Positions 47,439 to 48,609 of a stretch of DNA of 48,609 bases are shown here, piece after piece; position 1 is the first letter of the stretch; each line of letters begins with the position of its first letter. This DNA is from Hyphomicrobiales bacterium (lineage in GTDB: Bacteria; Pseudomonadota; Alphaproteobacteria; Rhizobiales; Beijerinckiaceae), in the NCBI GenBank assembly GCA_947374125.1, contig CANCAR010000001.1, positions 1 to 48,609 on the forward strand. The letters are read 5' to 3'. Both the position numbers and the translations under genes were made by a program. Under the pieces are notes generated by a model. That model saw only the letters and a list, made by a program, of their open reading frames with translations. It was not told the origin of the DNA and did no database searches.

Positions 47439-47656
47439 GTTCTACCCCTGCGCCCAAAGCGCCGCTCATTTATTGAAGAGCCGATCCCGAGAATCAGCCA
47501 ACATTGCTGTTTTATGACAGTTTAATGACATTCGAAAGCACAACCTCACCCTTTTCATCCGTTCAGAAAGAGGCGGGGAGTGCAAAAGCGTGGCGCTCTG
47601 AACGAACATCGCGTAAAAATAGAAAATAAATTTTTACTCGTATCCGAGGTTGTATA

Positions 47657-48184
47657 ATGAACCGCACGACTGCCCTCTGGGCGGGTTTGCTCGGCTTTGT
47701 TGCGGTTGCCGGGCTCATTGTGGCTTTGGCCATTTCACCCCTTTTCAGCCACACGGTTGAAAAGGGGGCCGTTGCATATGCCGATGGCGATTTCCCCCGG
47801 GCAATCGCTATCTTCCGGCCGCTTGCAGAGGATGGCGATCCGGCGGCCCAATTTTATCTTGGCGAAATGTACCGCTTTGGCCGAGGTGTGAAAAAGGACG
47901 AGGCGCGCGCCGCACTTTGGTATAAAAAGGCAGCCAATAAGGGTTCGCCCGAGGCGCAATATGCGCTTGGAATGATGTATGCGACCGGCATCGGCGTTTC
48001 GGTCGATTTCGTCGAATCCTATCGCTGGTTGAGCCTTGCTAATTTCCGTCTCTCGCCTTGGGAAACCGAACGGCGGGAGCGATCCGTACGCACGCGCGAC
48101 ACCATCCTTCGTGCCATGAGCCAAGATGATGTTGAGCGTGCAAAATCACTCGTGATCGCTTGGGATAGGAAATGGCAAAAGTGA
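47657..48184 (+). CDS. Sel1-repeat (SLR/TPR-like) protein with an N-terminal membrane anchor or signal
   Basis: Repeats: GDPAAQFYLGEMYRFGRGVKKDEARAALWYKKAANKGSPEAQYALGMMYATGIGV. Confidence 0.82.
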   Translation: MNRTTALWAGLLGFVAVAGLIVALAISPLFSHTVEKGAVAYADGDFPRAIAIFRPLAEDGDPAAQFYLGEMYRFGRGVKKDEARAALWYKKAANKGSPEAQYALGMMYATGIGVSVDFVESYRWLSLANFRLSPWETERRERSVRTRDTILRAMSQDDVERAKSLVIAWDRKWQK

Positions 48185-48256
48185 AGGCGTGACGCATAGC
48201 GCCGAACAGGTTAAGCGGAAGGGGTCGCCACTTCCTCCGCCGAAAGCTTCGCTACC

Positions 48257-48609
48257 ATGAGCCTCACTGATAAGATTCCCTTCATGTCGGCGATTGAACG
48301 CGTCCAGCTTCGTCGCAATTGCGAAAAGGCGAAGCGGGGCAACAATTCGTCAAAGCGCCGCGAGGCAGATCAGCTATTGGCAGCGCTTGATGCGTTTGAA
48401 GGCGCGGGCGATGAGGAGTCGCTCTCAAGCCGCGCTATGCGTCGTTTTGGTGGGTCTTCGCGTTCCGCCAATAGCGGGTTGCCTATGCCACGGCGGGTGG
48501 TTTTCAACGCGGATCCTGCCTATGAGAAGACATCCGGCGTGGCTGAGGCTTTGGCTGCGATTGATGCTAAAGTACCCGTCATATTGGTGACCGGTCGGGC
48601 GGGAACGGG
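48257..48609 (+). CDS. P-loop NTPase, N-terminal fragment (possibly a RecD/PIF1-type helicase; runs off the right edge)
   Basis: Own translation from ATG 48257 gives MSLTDKIPFMSAIERVQLRRNCEKAKRG...AIDAKVPVILVTGRAGTG, which ends in the first half of a Walker A motif at the window edge. Coding-like codon usage. The tracked ORF 48294..48590 is in another frame and looks like a shadow. Confidence 0.5.
   Translation, partial: MSLTDKIPFMSAIERVQLRRNCEKAKRGNNSSKRREADQLLAALDAFEGAGDEESLSSRAMRRFGGSSRSANSGLPMPRRVVFNADPAYEKTSGVAEALAAIDAKVPVILVTGRAGT

Noticed and set aside
47540-47653. Anti-SD / SD pairing (ACAACCTC with GAGGTTGT) plus an internal hairpin (cgttcaga...tctgaacg) upstream of the Sel1-repeat gene, as a possible riboregulator or RNA thermometer.
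   Set aside because: A single 8-bp complementarity about 100 nt apart is easily a chance event. The intervening AT-rich tract more likely holds the promoter. It is mentioned only inside the right-edge finding.
48294-48590. Tracked 98-aa ORF near the right edge.
   Set aside because: An alternative frame starting at 48257 gives a more protein-like sequence ending in a Walker A motif. The tracked frame is Arg/Trp/Cys-rich and is probably a shadow.
1-48609. Scan for CRISPR arrays, rRNA, additional tRNAs, IS elements or transposases, integrases and toxin-antitoxin pairs.
   Set aside because: By eye I saw no spaced direct-repeat array, no rRNA-like or further tRNA-like sequence (T-loop GGTTCGA motifs), and no transposase or integrase-like ORFs. 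A computational scan (tRNAscan-SE, Infernal, ISfinder) would be needed to be certain.

Overview
This is an alphaproteobacterial chromosomal segment. GC is in the mid-50s % by eye. Synteny looks Hyphomicrobiales/Rhizobiales-like: rsmB, heparinase II/III-family gene, purH; ccmCDG; frcBCAK plus frcR. Most of the window is densely packed core or housekeeping DNA. It holds a fructose ABC transporter locus (frcBCAK/frcR) and a complete six-gene Mla lipid-asymmetry operon (mlaF-E-D-A-C-B). It also holds an alpha-carbonic anhydrase, rsmB, purH, ccmCDG, putR/putA, rplS, leuC, a sulfonate-utilisation operon (ssuADCB plus a flavin reductase) and asd. There are two accessory patches. The first is an arsenic module (arsR-arsC-aqpS, followed by osmC) that abuts a tRNA-Ala(CGC). 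The second is a visibly lower-GC two-gene restriction-modification-like module (BglII/BamHI-fold nuclease plus MT-A70-clade methyltransferase) inserted directly after asd. I found no rRNA, CRISPR array, transposase or integrase. I did not find a clearly novel multi-gene system. The best second-look candidates are: (1) the low-GC R-M-like island with its non-canonical enzyme pairing; (2) a strongly SD-preceded 8-codon Met/Cys-rich mini-ORF in the long leader of the ssu operon, which may be a sulfur-sensing leader peptide; (3) a pair of related palindromic intergenic elements bracketing rplS-leuC. All functional calls come from my own reading of the translated ORFs and motifs. No database search was run.
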